In this document: positions 1 to 8,770 of the stretch, one piece after another
Position numbering within the stretch: position 1 is the stretch's first letter
Layout: the number at the start of each line of letters is the position of its first letter
Assembly: GCA_012799605.1 (NCBI GenBank)
Contig: JAAZKX010000003.1
Span: forward strand, 4,552-68,551
Source of the DNA: Bacillota bacterium
Lineage (GTDB): Bacteria > Bacillota > DTU030 > DUMP01
Direction: 5' to 3'
DNA: 64,000 nt
The notes under the pieces: generated by a model
The model's database searches: none
What the model saw: only the letters and a program-made list of their open reading frames with translations
Told to the model about the DNA's origin: nothing
Translations under genes and position numbers: made by a program

Positions 1-97
1 TGTCTTAGCTAGTATAAACAAAAAATAGTACATCTAAACCTGCCCGGGCTTGACGGATAGTATGTGCCGACCTGTTAGGGATATTTAGCTCGATCGC

Positions 98-2899
98 TCA
101 ATAACTAAGTCCGGTATAAGTCGCTGTCCCCTCTTTAAGGCTGATTAAGGCTAGTCGGGGTTTCTCGCTCGGACCCGCGGTTTGAAGCCGCTGGTAACGG
201 ACCCCGTCTTCCCATGCGATCCCGCTGGTTTGTGAAGGGCTAAACACCCAGACCAGGGCATCCAACCTTTGCCCTGTCTCTTGCAAGCGGCGGCGCAACA
301 AATCAGCTTCCGGACGGCTGGTGAAGCCTTCGGTTCCGGCAAAAGGCAGTCGCTCTAGAAAAACAAATACATGCTTTTTCCCCTCTAGTTGGAGTAAATC
401 CGCCTGAAGCCAGTTCCAATCTTTTGCATTGCCTTGAACCAAAGTACCACCGCTGGCATTCAAAGTATAAAGTGAAGCCGTCTGCTCATCCCAACGTTCG
501 GCTGTCCCGGTCAACTTTAGCGGTAAGCCCAGGATTTGTTCCCAATCATGCTGGCTTGTTTCCGCCAATGGCTGCAAGCAAACCAAATATTCAACCTGGT
601 GTTTTTGGATTGCCGCCTTGAGGGCTGTAGCCCAAACCACCTGATCGGGCTTTGGGGGCAGTGAAGCTACCACCAGAAATTTTTTTCCACTGTCGACCGG
701 TACCGGGGTATACTGCCGGTCGGGAAAAGGTCGCGGATCCAGCTTCATCTCAGTAGCAAAAGGCATAGAGCTGGTTAAGAATAAGTTGTCCAAGTAGATG
801 GCCCCTGATCCGTGTTTATCAGCGTCAGGCTCAACCAAATAGATCCGCTTTAATACATATGGATACTCACCTTTAGGAAGACGTGCCTCCACCTGTTGCC
901 AACCGTTCCAATCCACCTGCCGGGCCAAATCTAACGTAAACTCTGTCCCGTTTTTATCCACCAGCAACGCCCGCAGCCAATGACCCCGGCCATCGCCGTG
1001 CACCATTAGCGACAGCTTATCAGCCTGACCGGGGAGGGCCAACCCTTGATCGAAGACTACATAAGCTGCTTTGGTTCCGCTGCCGGCGGTAAAGTCGTAG
1101 GCTAACTCTAACGAATAGTTTCCATCATAAACAGGCTTCGGTCGGGCAGCCAAGGAAATGTTCGCCCCAACTTCAGCCGGGTATGCAATAGCTGAAATGC
1201 CATGCATAGCCTCAAAATAAAGCAGCGGTAGGTCGTAAGTTCCGACAGTAACCAAGGTACGGGTAGCTATTTCGCCCCAGCGGGCCTCGACAGCCCCGGC
1301 TGCCGCTTCCGGGCCGGCTTTTATTCTGCCGGTTTCGACTGTACCTATATCACCCAGCACCGCCCAGGTAAGTTCCTCAGCCTTGATCGCCGCCCGCCGT
1401 CCGACAGCATCATAAGCAACAGCTTTGAATACCGCCTCTTGGCCAGGGGCTAAAGCAATTTGGTTTGGTGACAGCTCCAGCCGGACAACGGGACCGATTA
1501 CTTCTATTGCCAGTTCGGCCTCGACTGGGCCGCAGGTTGCAATTATCTTTCCCCGGCCGGAGGTTTGGGCTATGAAAACATTCCCTTGGATAAGACCTAA
1601 TTCGGCCGGCTCCACCCGCCAGTTGATTTTATCCGTCTCTACCTGTATCGGGTTATAGTGGACATCATAACCTTTAACTGTAAGCAGCGCTGTAGCCCCG
1701 GGGGCTATGCGCGTTTCATCAGCTGTTACAGTAAGCCCAGCCAGTTCGCCCAAAGGTGCCCGGCTGAATATGCCGATGCCATTGCTAACAGAACGCTCCT
1801 TGCCATCAGACGGCTTGTTTACAATTGCAGCACTGCTCTCACCCGGTAACCGGGCCAGCAACGTGGTCGAGCCGCCGCCATCCAAATTCAAAGCCTGATA
1901 GCAACCTAGTTTGAGCAGTGTAGCTGCCCATTCGGTTTGGGTCAAACCCCGGCTCTCCTCTTGCCGTCCATCTACAGCAGCGAGGATGAGCTGGCTGCCA
2001 TCGGCGCTGATGCCGACTGCGCTACGGGGGTTGTTGCCGGCAACTTCATGCGAAAACGGTACGATACGTCCATCTTTAATCAATATTGTACCTCCGCCTA
2101 TGGCCCAGGCAAATTTGGGCCAGGTCACGGTGCTGGTAAAATCGATTTTCACCCGGCTGCCGGGAGTAAGATGTTGTTGGAGAAATTGGCGTGCCGCCTG
2201 GGCGCCTATTAACACCTGTTCCGTCGGCCCGATAGTAATACTGGTTTCCGCAGGTACCAACTTAATCACGGTAGCATCGCTGATAATAGCAGCTATACTG
2301 TCCGTTGGCACTTTAGCTGGCGTAGTTTTCCCCCAATAGCTGTCGAACCCGTATAGCTCCCGGTAAGTATCCCCGGGTTTGTTCCAGGCTGCCAAGGGAA
2401 AACGTGTACCATCTTCTGACTCCACCTGTCCTAGAAATTTGGGCCGGTCAATGGTTACACTGCCGTCTTTTCCTAAGGCAAACATAGCTAAATCTTGGCG
2501 CTGGGAAGGACTGGACAATAGTTCCCCCTCTTTTACCACCGGCCCCAATGGGGCCCCGGTTCCTTGGCCGAAAAAGAAATCGCCGTTTATGGCAGCTACT
2601 GCAGCTGCTTTAGCTGCCATAGTGCTCAAGCGCTCGGTACCCGCCAAGCCTTTTTCCCCCAGGAGAAGATCGCTTTCAACATCAGATTGGGTAAGATCTG
2701 CCCTAATTAGGTGAAAGCGCAGCCACCCGGCCGGGGTAAACTGCCAGTTCATTTCATAGCTAACTCCCGGGGCAATAGGTTGTACTTTTTTTTCATGGTA
2801 AATAAGGTCGGATTCCTGAGCATAGGCCAGTTCTGACAACAACAGGATCAGCATTAACAACAGGGTCAGCGATAATTTCTTCTTTCTGTTATACCGCAT
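98..2899 (-). CDS. Secreted phosphodiester glycosidase-family protein (NAGPA-like/DUF2233 core) with bacterial Ig-like repeats and a long C-terminal extension
   Basis: 933-aa ORF. N-terminal signal peptide (KKLSLTLLLMLILLLSELAYA). NAGPA-like blocks (AINGDFFF, NLDGGGSTTL). Two Big_2-like repeats (VTADETRIAPGATALLTVKGYD, LELSPNQIALAPGQEAVFKAVAYD). Confidence 0.7.
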   Translation of the reverse strand: MRYNRKKKLSLTLLLMLILLLSELAYAQESDLIYHEKKVQPIAPGVSYEMNWQFTPAGWLRFHLIRADLTQSDVESDLLLGEKGLAGTERLSTMAAKAAAVAAINGDFFFGQGTGAPLGPVVKEGELLSSPSQRQDLAMFALGKDGSVTIDRPKFLGQVESEDGTRFPLAAWNKPGDTYRELYGFDSYWGKTTPAKVPTDSIAAIISDATVIKLVPAETSITIGPTEQVLIGAQAARQFLQQHLTPGSRVKIDFTSTVTWPKFAWAIGGGTILIKDGRIVPFSHEVAGNNPRSAVGISADGSQLILAAVDGRQEESRGLTQTEWAATLLKLGCYQALNLDGGGSTTLLARLPGESSAAIVNKPSDGKERSVSNGIGIFSRAPLGELAGLTVTADETRIAPGATALLTVKGYDVHYNPIQVETDKINWRVEPAELGLIQGNVFIAQTSGRGKIIATCGPVEAELAIEVIGPVVRLELSPNQIALAPGQEAVFKAVAYDAVGRRAAIKAEELTWAVLGDIGTVETGRIKAGPEAAAGAVEARWGEIATRTLVTVGTYDLPLLYFEAMHGISAIAYPAEVGANISLAARPKPVYDGNYSLELAYDFTAGSGTKAAYVVFDQGLALPGQADKLSLMVHGDGRGHWLRALLVDKNGTEFTLDLARQVDWNGWQQVEARLPKGEYPYVLKRIYLVEPDADKHGSGAIYLDNLFLTSSMPFATEMKLDPRPFPDRQYTPVPVDSGKKFLVVASLPPKPDQVVWATALKAAIQKHQVEYLVCLQPLAETSQHDWEQILGLPLKLTGTAERWDEQTASLYTLNASGGTLVQGNAKDWNWLQADLLQLEGKKHVFVFLERLPFAGTEGFTSRPEADLLRRRLQETGQRLDALVWVFSPSQTSGIAWEDGVRYQRLQTAGPSEKPRLALISLKEGTATYTGLSY

Positions 2900-3077
2900 A
2901 GTTTTTCCTCCTCTGGCAAGGGTGTCCAGATATTAGTTCTCCTTCCAAAGTGTAAATCCTATCCGGGAAGTAATTCCATTTTGACCCAGTTAGTGACCGT
3001 TGCCGGGTTAAGGTTGATCTGCCCCCATTTAAACTGTAGGATATAAGAGAGAGAAATGATGGGAAAGGGTGGTTTAA

Positions 3078-3545
3078 TTGGATGTACATGCTAGGGTCCA
3101 GACGTGGCTGGATCAGTTTGACTTGGGCCTTAAAGTTATCAATACGCCGGAACATACTGCTACCGCCGAACAAGCAGCAGCAGCCTTGGGGACAGAAGTG
3201 GGCCAAATAGCCAAGTCGCTCCTATTTCGCATCGGTGATGATAAATACGTTATGGTAGTAACATCCGGCGATGTCAAGGTAAAATCAGGAAAACTTAAAT
3301 CCGTCGTGGGCAGTAAACCGCGCTTGGCAGGTATTGAAGAGGTGGAAAAAGCCACTGGATATTCTATTGGCGGCGTTTGTCCTTTTGATCTACCCAGAGG
3401 GAGCGATATCCAAATTCTGCTTGACCGGAGCCTGTCCCGCTTCCCGCTGGTTTATGCTGCTGCTGGCAGTGATCATTCAGCCGTAGGTGTTACTTTGGAT
3501 CAGCTAAGACAAATCACCGACGGAACCGTAGTTGATGTAACTTAA
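3078..3545 (+). CDS. YbaK/EbsC-family aminoacyl-tRNA deacylase (free-standing trans-editing domain)
   Basis: 155-aa ORF with TTG start. Typical YbaK-type blocks (IAKSLLFR, GYSIGGVCPF). Size matches stand-alone deacylases. Confidence 0.75.
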   Translation: MDVHARVQTWLDQFDLGLKVINTPEHTATAEQAAAALGTEVGQIAKSLLFRIGDDKYVMVVTSGDVKVKSGKLKSVVGSKPRLAGIEEVEKATGYSIGGVCPFDLPRGSDIQILLDRSLSRFPLVYAAAGSDHSAVGVTLDQLRQITDGTVVDVT

Positions 3546-3556
3546 CCGGCCCATGC

Positions 3557-4264
3557 TCAGTCCAGGCTTACCGCCGGATTATCTTTATCAACCCACAGCT
3601 GTCTTGTTTTGGCTCCACAATGCTCCTTTAACATGGCCGCCAGTTCAGCTTGGGCAGCTTTAGCGGCACGATCAGTAGAACCATAAAAAGCATCAATGGG
3701 GCAGAACAGCTCCTTGGTTTCCGGCACTACCTTGGCTTTTTCCCCTTGACGCCATACCCATTTGCGCGTCCGGACCTCGTTGCCGGTTACATAAACCATT
3801 TCGCCTTCATCGACAGATTCCGCCTCCTGGCTGCCAAAAGGAATAAACCTGTCCTTGGGGTTTGCAAAGCGTAGCTCGATATCCCCCGGTAAAATCTCCC
3901 GGTCATGTGCACCCATAGGTATCAGGTATTTTAACGACACAATATTGACCAAATCAACTATTTTATTGATGCTGGGTAATTCCGCCTTCTTGGCCATTCT
4001 TCTGGCCAGTGCTTCTACAGAACTAGGGAACCGATTGGGATTAAGCCCTAATTTCCGAAACGCCTCCCGCCAAATAACGACATGCGGGTGCTCACGTACA
4101 TTAGTGCCACCTAGCTCCTGATTGAGTTTCCGCGCCTGCGCGGCCAACAAGTCAGCCACCTCCTGACTACCGGACTCATTATCTACTTGTTCAGCCACGA
4201 CAACAGCAAAACAGGCCTGAGGAAACAGCTCGAATACGGCCGGTTCAACAATAAATTTAGCCAT
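3557..4264 (-). CDS. Free-standing B3/B4 domain protein (PheRS beta-subunit editing-domain-like)
   Basis: 235-aa ORF with RBS AGGAGGG 7 nt upstream of the ATG. N-terminus MAKFIVEPAVFELFP and the block INKIVDLVNIVSLKYLIPMGAHD resemble stand-alone B3_4 proteins. Confidence 0.65.
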   Translation of the reverse strand: MAKFIVEPAVFELFPQACFAVVVAEQVDNESGSQEVADLLAAQARKLNQELGGTNVREHPHVVIWREAFRKLGLNPNRFPSSVEALARRMAKKAELPSINKIVDLVNIVSLKYLIPMGAHDREILPGDIELRFANPKDRFIPFGSQEAESVDEGEMVYVTGNEVRTRKWVWRQGEKAKVVPETKELFCPIDAFYGSTDRAAKAAQAELAAMLKEHCGAKTRQLWVDKDNPAVSLD

Positions 4265-4326
4265 TGGTAGTCCCTCCTACTGATTTTGTTACCATCTTAT
4301 CACAAGAGCCCCCTTTTATTCCACTT

Positions 4327-4362
4327 TGAAATAACAAAGCCGGACCTTGGCTAACAAGGTCC
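4327..4362 (-). terminator. Rho-independent terminator downstream of spoIIR
   Basis: 8-bp stem GGACCTTG/CAAGGTCC (4342-4362) with a 5-nt loop. On the minus strand it is followed by GGCUUUGUUAUUU. Confidence 0.5.
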
Positions 4363-4401
4363 AGCCATCAAATCAGAGTCACGGTTTTCCCCTTTTAGTT
4401 T

Positions 4402-5133
4402 TTAAGGACTGATCATATTCAATACGCTATTGAATAAGATCGATTCTTCCTGTTGCCACGAGATCAGCACCTGCGGTCGCACTTTTTCCCATATCTCCGC
4501 TACTTTAAACCGAATTTCAAGTTCGTCTCCATTCCCATCAGGATTGCTGCCGGTTGACTTTTCCGCCCCTGATTTACTTGCCGCCAACACCCGCTTAGTT
4601 TCTATCATTGAATCTAGCGATACATCGCCCGGCGGCGTAATATGACCTGAACTTCCGCTGACAAAACATAGGGGCGGGAACAATACGCACCACCAGTTAT
4701 GCCCCTGGCCATCCCCTAAAACTATCCTAAGGGCGCGGTAGCAACCCGCTGGCAAAGTCATATCCCCATATGTGCGCCTGGAGAAAGGATAGGTTCCTAC
4801 TTCGACCTGTCCGCGATACGAAACACCGGCTTGGATTAAAACTCGGTTAACCACAGCTTCAACCAAACCCAAATGTTCCAGGAGCGCTTGTTCGGCCTCT
4901 TGTTCGGTCGTACAAGCAGCAAATAAAGCGGCTGTTTCTTTAATTACAGCATCACGCACCTCAAGCTTGAGCGCTTGATCCCGGGGATGGTTACTGTGGG
5001 CTAAAATATGAAGCCGAATTAAATCGTACCCTTCGGCGCTGGTCGCCCTCACGGGCACATAGACCTGATAAAATAAAAATAATGCTACTGTCAAGGCCGT
5101 AAAACCTACTGCTAACCGGAGCCTCCTGAGCAC
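4402..5133 (-). CDS. spoIIR: Stage II sporulation protein R
   Basis: 243 aa with an N-terminal TM/signal segment. Diagnostic SpoIIR block LIRLHILAHSNHPRDQALKLEVRDAV. Confidence 0.8.
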   Translation of the reverse strand: MLRRLRLAVGFTALTVALFLFYQVYVPVRATSAEGYDLIRLHILAHSNHPRDQALKLEVRDAVIKETAALFAACTTEQEAEQALLEHLGLVEAVVNRVLIQAGVSYRGQVEVGTYPFSRRTYGDMTLPAGCYRALRIVLGDGQGHNWWCVLFPPLCFVSGSSGHITPPGDVSLDSMIETKRVLAASKSGAEKSTGSNPDGNGDELEIRFKVAEIWEKVRPQVLISWQQEESILFNSVLNMISP

Positions 5134-5261
5134 ATCGTTTCCCCCTATTGTGTTATTTCCAAGGCCGCAATTAGCGATCTAAAAGCCGAAGCCAACAGGC
5201 TATCGCTAATATTGTTACCAATAACAGCTGTGCTTAAACAAAAATTATAAATTAGCCCCAC

Positions 5262-5296
5262 TAAAAAGCCGGTCAAGGCTGCTATCCTTGACCGGC
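5262..5296 (-). terminator. Rho-independent terminator downstream of the FBP aldolase/phosphatase gene
   Basis: 11-bp stem GCCGGTCAAGG/CCTTGACCGGC with a 7-nt loop. Followed by UUUUU on the minus strand, 28 nt after the TAG stop. Confidence 0.7.
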
Positions 5297-5323
5297 GCTG
5301 TTATTTGTTATTATCTTTATGAT

Positions 5324-6427
5324 CTATAAAGCCTCAAAGCGGCCTTCCAGTTTTTTGGCCACCAGCGGCAGGGTTGTATATTCTAACTGATCTTGGGCTA
5401 AGCGATGAGGTTCGAACGGCCCCAGCCGGCGCAGTTGATCAGCCAGCTCCAACACCTGCTCCCGGACGCGGTCAAAAGCCACGTCGGCAAAGAAGTCCTG
5501 AGGGCCGATCAAGCGGCCGTGACAAAGTTGAAAGCCTAAAGCAACCACCCGGGCCGGGCCATCGAACCGCGTGGGCCGGCTTTCTTGTTCCGGTACCGGA
5601 AGCAACGGGCCCCAATGAGAACCCCGCATCCAGCCGGCTACTAGGTGTGGCTGAGCAAAAGCCTCCAAGACCTCACCTACCGCTGGCAGTCCGCTTTGAC
5701 AGCGGACGATGCACACCGGGTCATCTTTGCCGATATAGCGGCCGGCCATCAGGTTCAGCCTTTGAGTGCTGGTTACAGCAGCGATTTCTTGGTTGCGGCG
5801 GGCATAAACGTGTTTTATGCAATAGCGGCCGGGAGAGCCGATAAGCACCAACATATCATATAACTCTTCTGGTAGGGTAAAGGTAACCTTGCAATGTTTA
5901 ACCAAGTCATGAACCTCGAACTTAAACCCGTCATGCATTTTAGGATCTATTATAAGTCCGATAGTATTAAATGGATCGGCAAACATTTTATATAAAGGTA
6001 AATTCCAGGCCCCTGGGTCTGTCTTGTCTGCCATAAAAATAACTATTGGCTCGCTAGGACGTTCTGCGAAAGTCATTTCGGCTACCCCAGGACCCAAACC
6101 TTTCATATTGCCCGCGAAAGAGTCGCTGAGGAGATCCTGGCCGGCAGCATACAGTTTCAGTTCCTGGGCTACGGCAGTAGCTGCCAGAAACGCATCCCAG
6201 GCCAGTTTATGGATTTGTTCATTATTATCGCCCCGGTAATGGGTCATAATCAACTCGATATCATCACCGACGTTGGCTACATAAAAATCAGTTATCAAAC
6301 CTTCATCTTTTGCCTTCCCCAGTTCTTTTCTAATTACCGCCAACATATCCGGGTGCGCCTGGACATGGCCAACAAAACTGCCCACATCTGCTTTGATTAC
6401 ACTTAAGGTAACCTCTTTCTCAGCCAT
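5324..6427 (-). CDS. fbp: Bifunctional fructose-1,6-bisphosphate aldolase/phosphatase (class V FBPase)
   Basis: 367 aa. Near-collinear with archaeal-type FBPA/P: LSVIKADVGSFVGH, GDDIELIMTH, GQDLLSDSFAGNMKGLGPGVAEM, LPLYKMFADPFNT, GWMRGSHWGPLLPV, EYTTLP. Confidence 0.9.
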   Translation of the reverse strand: MAEKEVTLSVIKADVGSFVGHVQAHPDMLAVIRKELGKAKDEGLITDFYVANVGDDIELIMTHYRGDNNEQIHKLAWDAFLAATAVAQELKLYAAGQDLLSDSFAGNMKGLGPGVAEMTFAERPSEPIVIFMADKTDPGAWNLPLYKMFADPFNTIGLIIDPKMHDGFKFEVHDLVKHCKVTFTLPEELYDMLVLIGSPGRYCIKHVYARRNQEIAAVTSTQRLNLMAGRYIGKDDPVCIVRCQSGLPAVGEVLEAFAQPHLVAGWMRGSHWGPLLPVPEQESRPTRFDGPARVVALGFQLCHGRLIGPQDFFADVAFDRVREQVLELADQLRRLGPFEPHRLAQDQLEYTTLPLVAKKLEGRFEAL

Positions 6428-6548
6428 CTCTTCCTCTCCCTTTTTTATTCTATGTTAATTATATGTCCAAGAAGCAGCATCCATGTGTATTATAACATAC
6501 ATTAAACCAATGTGATATACTAATTGCCCGGGAAGAAATGGCTCCGAC

Positions 6549-8756
6549 TTAGGCTTCGGCTAGCCTAGCCGCCAAGGCAGTATACCTGTCCTGAACTTTG
6601 TTGTTGGCAATCGCCCGGGCGACTGCCCGCCGGCTTCCCACTAAAACCACATGCTCCTTACCCCGGGTCACAGCTGTATAAAGCAGATTGCGCTGGAGCA
6701 TATACCAGTGCTGAGTACTGAGGACAACGATACAGCATGAAAACTCACTGCCTTGTGCTTTATGTACGGTCGCAGCATAAGCTAGCATCAGCTCTTCCAA
6801 TTCCGGGCGGGTATATGGAACCATAAGGCCGTCAAAATCTATCCATAAAGTATCTTCATCTAGATCTTCGTCTTCAGAAGATAATACAATATCTACCACC
6901 CGGCCCTGGTTACCATTGAAAACTCCTTTTTCATAGTTATTTCTCACGGCCATTACTTTATCGCCCACGCGGAAACACCCGTCGCGAAAAGGGTATTCTT
7001 TTTTGCCGCTACTGGGCGGGTTGAGTTGCTTTTGAAGCGCATCGTTCAGGTTCTTGACCCCGGTTATGTATTTATGCATAGGCGCTAGCACCTGGATATT
7101 GCTCAAGCCAAAGGTGCCGGCTAGTTTACCAGCCAAATCGACCACGTATTTGGCCGTTTTAGCCGCATCCTCCAGTCGTATAAAATAAAAATCCGAGGGC
7201 GATTCAAGTTTTAACCTCGAGCCATGATTGATACGGTGAGCATTTATGGTGATCAGCGACTGTTCCGCCTGCCGGAATATTTGGTTTAACCGTACTGTGG
7301 CTACCTTTTCACTGGCAATAATATCCTTAAGCACGCTGCCCGGCCCCACGCTGGGCAGTTGATCTTTATCCCCAACCAAAACTACCCGGCTGGTAGAAGG
7401 CACAGCTTGTAGAAGCTGATAAGCCAAAACTACATCGACCATGGAAAATTCGTCGACGACCACCAGATCCGAACGTAATTGGTTATCTCGGTTATAGGTA
7501 AAAACGGGCTCACCTTCGGCCAAGGTATATCCCAGCAGGCGATGGATAGTACTAGCCTCACGGCCAGTAAGATCAGCAAGGCGCTGGGCCGCACGTCCAG
7601 TCGGAGCCGCCAACGAAATGCGTGCTTCCGGCTGCAGCTGGGCCAATACCTGGATTAAACCACTAACAATAGTCGATTTCCCCGTACCGGGCCCGCCGGT
7701 AATAACAGTAACACCGTGTTGTACTGCCTGTTCGATGGCTTGCATTTGTGAGGGGGCGAACTTCAACCCCAAATTTTCTTCAGCAGCTCCGATGGCCGCG
7801 GCCAGTTTTGGACCAGCTTCCAGCCGCTCAAGCCGGCATAGCCGGGCCAATTCCCGGGCCACGCCGGCTTCAGCCCGGTGGAGGTAGGTCAGCCACCAGT
7901 TACCGTCAGCTTCAATCACCTCAGATGATTGTTCAACCAAATGTCCCAGTGCTGTTTCAACTTCTTCAGCCGTTACCGGCTCTTCTTCGTCGGCTGCATT
8001 TACCAGCTTGAGAGTTTCCTCCACTAATCGCTCCGTGGGCAGAAAGCAATGTCCGGCCTGGGCTGCCGCTTGGCGCAAAACATACAAAGCTGCAGCCATC
8101 AACCGCTCGCGGGCATGGCGGCGCAAACCTAGTTTTTGTGCCAGCCTGTCAGCGGTCAAAAAACCTATGCCAAAAATATCTTCAGTCAACGAGTAGGGGT
8201 TATCTTTCAAACGGGCGATAGCTTCACGGCCATAATGCCGGTGAATTTTAAGTGCCAAACCGGTACTGACCCGGTGATGGCGTAAAAAAACCATCAACCG
8301 CTCTACTTCTTTGTTTTTATTTACCGCCCGGGTTATCTTTTGGGACAGTTTCTCACCGATTCCAGGCACCTCGGTCAACCGCTGCGGCTGCTCAGCAATT
8401 ATTTTAAGTGTATCCAGCCCAAAATGGTCCACCAACCGCTGGGCCAGTTTTTCTCCCACGCCGGGGATTAAACCGCTAGCCAAATAACCCACGATTCCTT
8501 CCTCTTCGGTCGGAACAATCTCCTCCACCGCATTAGCTGAAAATTGACGACCATATTTAGGATGGGTAACCCATTTTCCGTAAAAAACATAATTAGCACC
8601 GGGGCGTACGGTGGCCAGATACCCGGTCACCCGGACCTCGCTGCCATCGCATTCTGTCGCTGCCACCGTAAAACCGGAACCGGGGGCTTGGAAGATTATA
8701 CTTTTAACCTCTCCGGTCAAAGTTAGTTCGGCAGCACCATCAGCTGGATTGGACAT
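6549..8756 (-). CDS. recD2: SF1B ATP-dependent DNA helicase RecD2
   Basis: 735 aa. Walker A GGPGTGKST, motif II VVVDEFSMVD, LVGDKDQLPSVGPG, C-terminal ATVHKAQGSEF. N-terminal OB/HhH region typical of RecD2. Confidence 0.9.
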   Translation of the reverse strand: MSNPADGAAELTLTGEVKSIIFQAPGSGFTVAATECDGSEVRVTGYLATVRPGANYVFYGKWVTHPKYGRQFSANAVEEIVPTEEEGIVGYLASGLIPGVGEKLAQRLVDHFGLDTLKIIAEQPQRLTEVPGIGEKLSQKITRAVNKNKEVERLMVFLRHHRVSTGLALKIHRHYGREAIARLKDNPYSLTEDIFGIGFLTADRLAQKLGLRRHARERLMAAALYVLRQAAAQAGHCFLPTERLVEETLKLVNAADEEEPVTAEEVETALGHLVEQSSEVIEADGNWWLTYLHRAEAGVARELARLCRLERLEAGPKLAAAIGAAEENLGLKFAPSQMQAIEQAVQHGVTVITGGPGTGKSTIVSGLIQVLAQLQPEARISLAAPTGRAAQRLADLTGREASTIHRLLGYTLAEGEPVFTYNRDNQLRSDLVVVDEFSMVDVVLAYQLLQAVPSTSRVVLVGDKDQLPSVGPGSVLKDIIASEKVATVRLNQIFRQAEQSLITINAHRINHGSRLKLESPSDFYFIRLEDAAKTAKYVVDLAGKLAGTFGLSNIQVLAPMHKYITGVKNLNDALQKQLNPPSSGKKEYPFRDGCFRVGDKVMAVRNNYEKGVFNGNQGRVVDIVLSSEDEDLDEDTLWIDFDGLMVPYTRPELEELMLAYAATVHKAQGSEFSCCIVVLSTQHWYMLQRNLLYTAVTRGKEHVVLVGSRRAVARAIANNKVQDRYTALAARLAEA

Positions 8757-8770
8757 ACGGGCCCCGCCTC

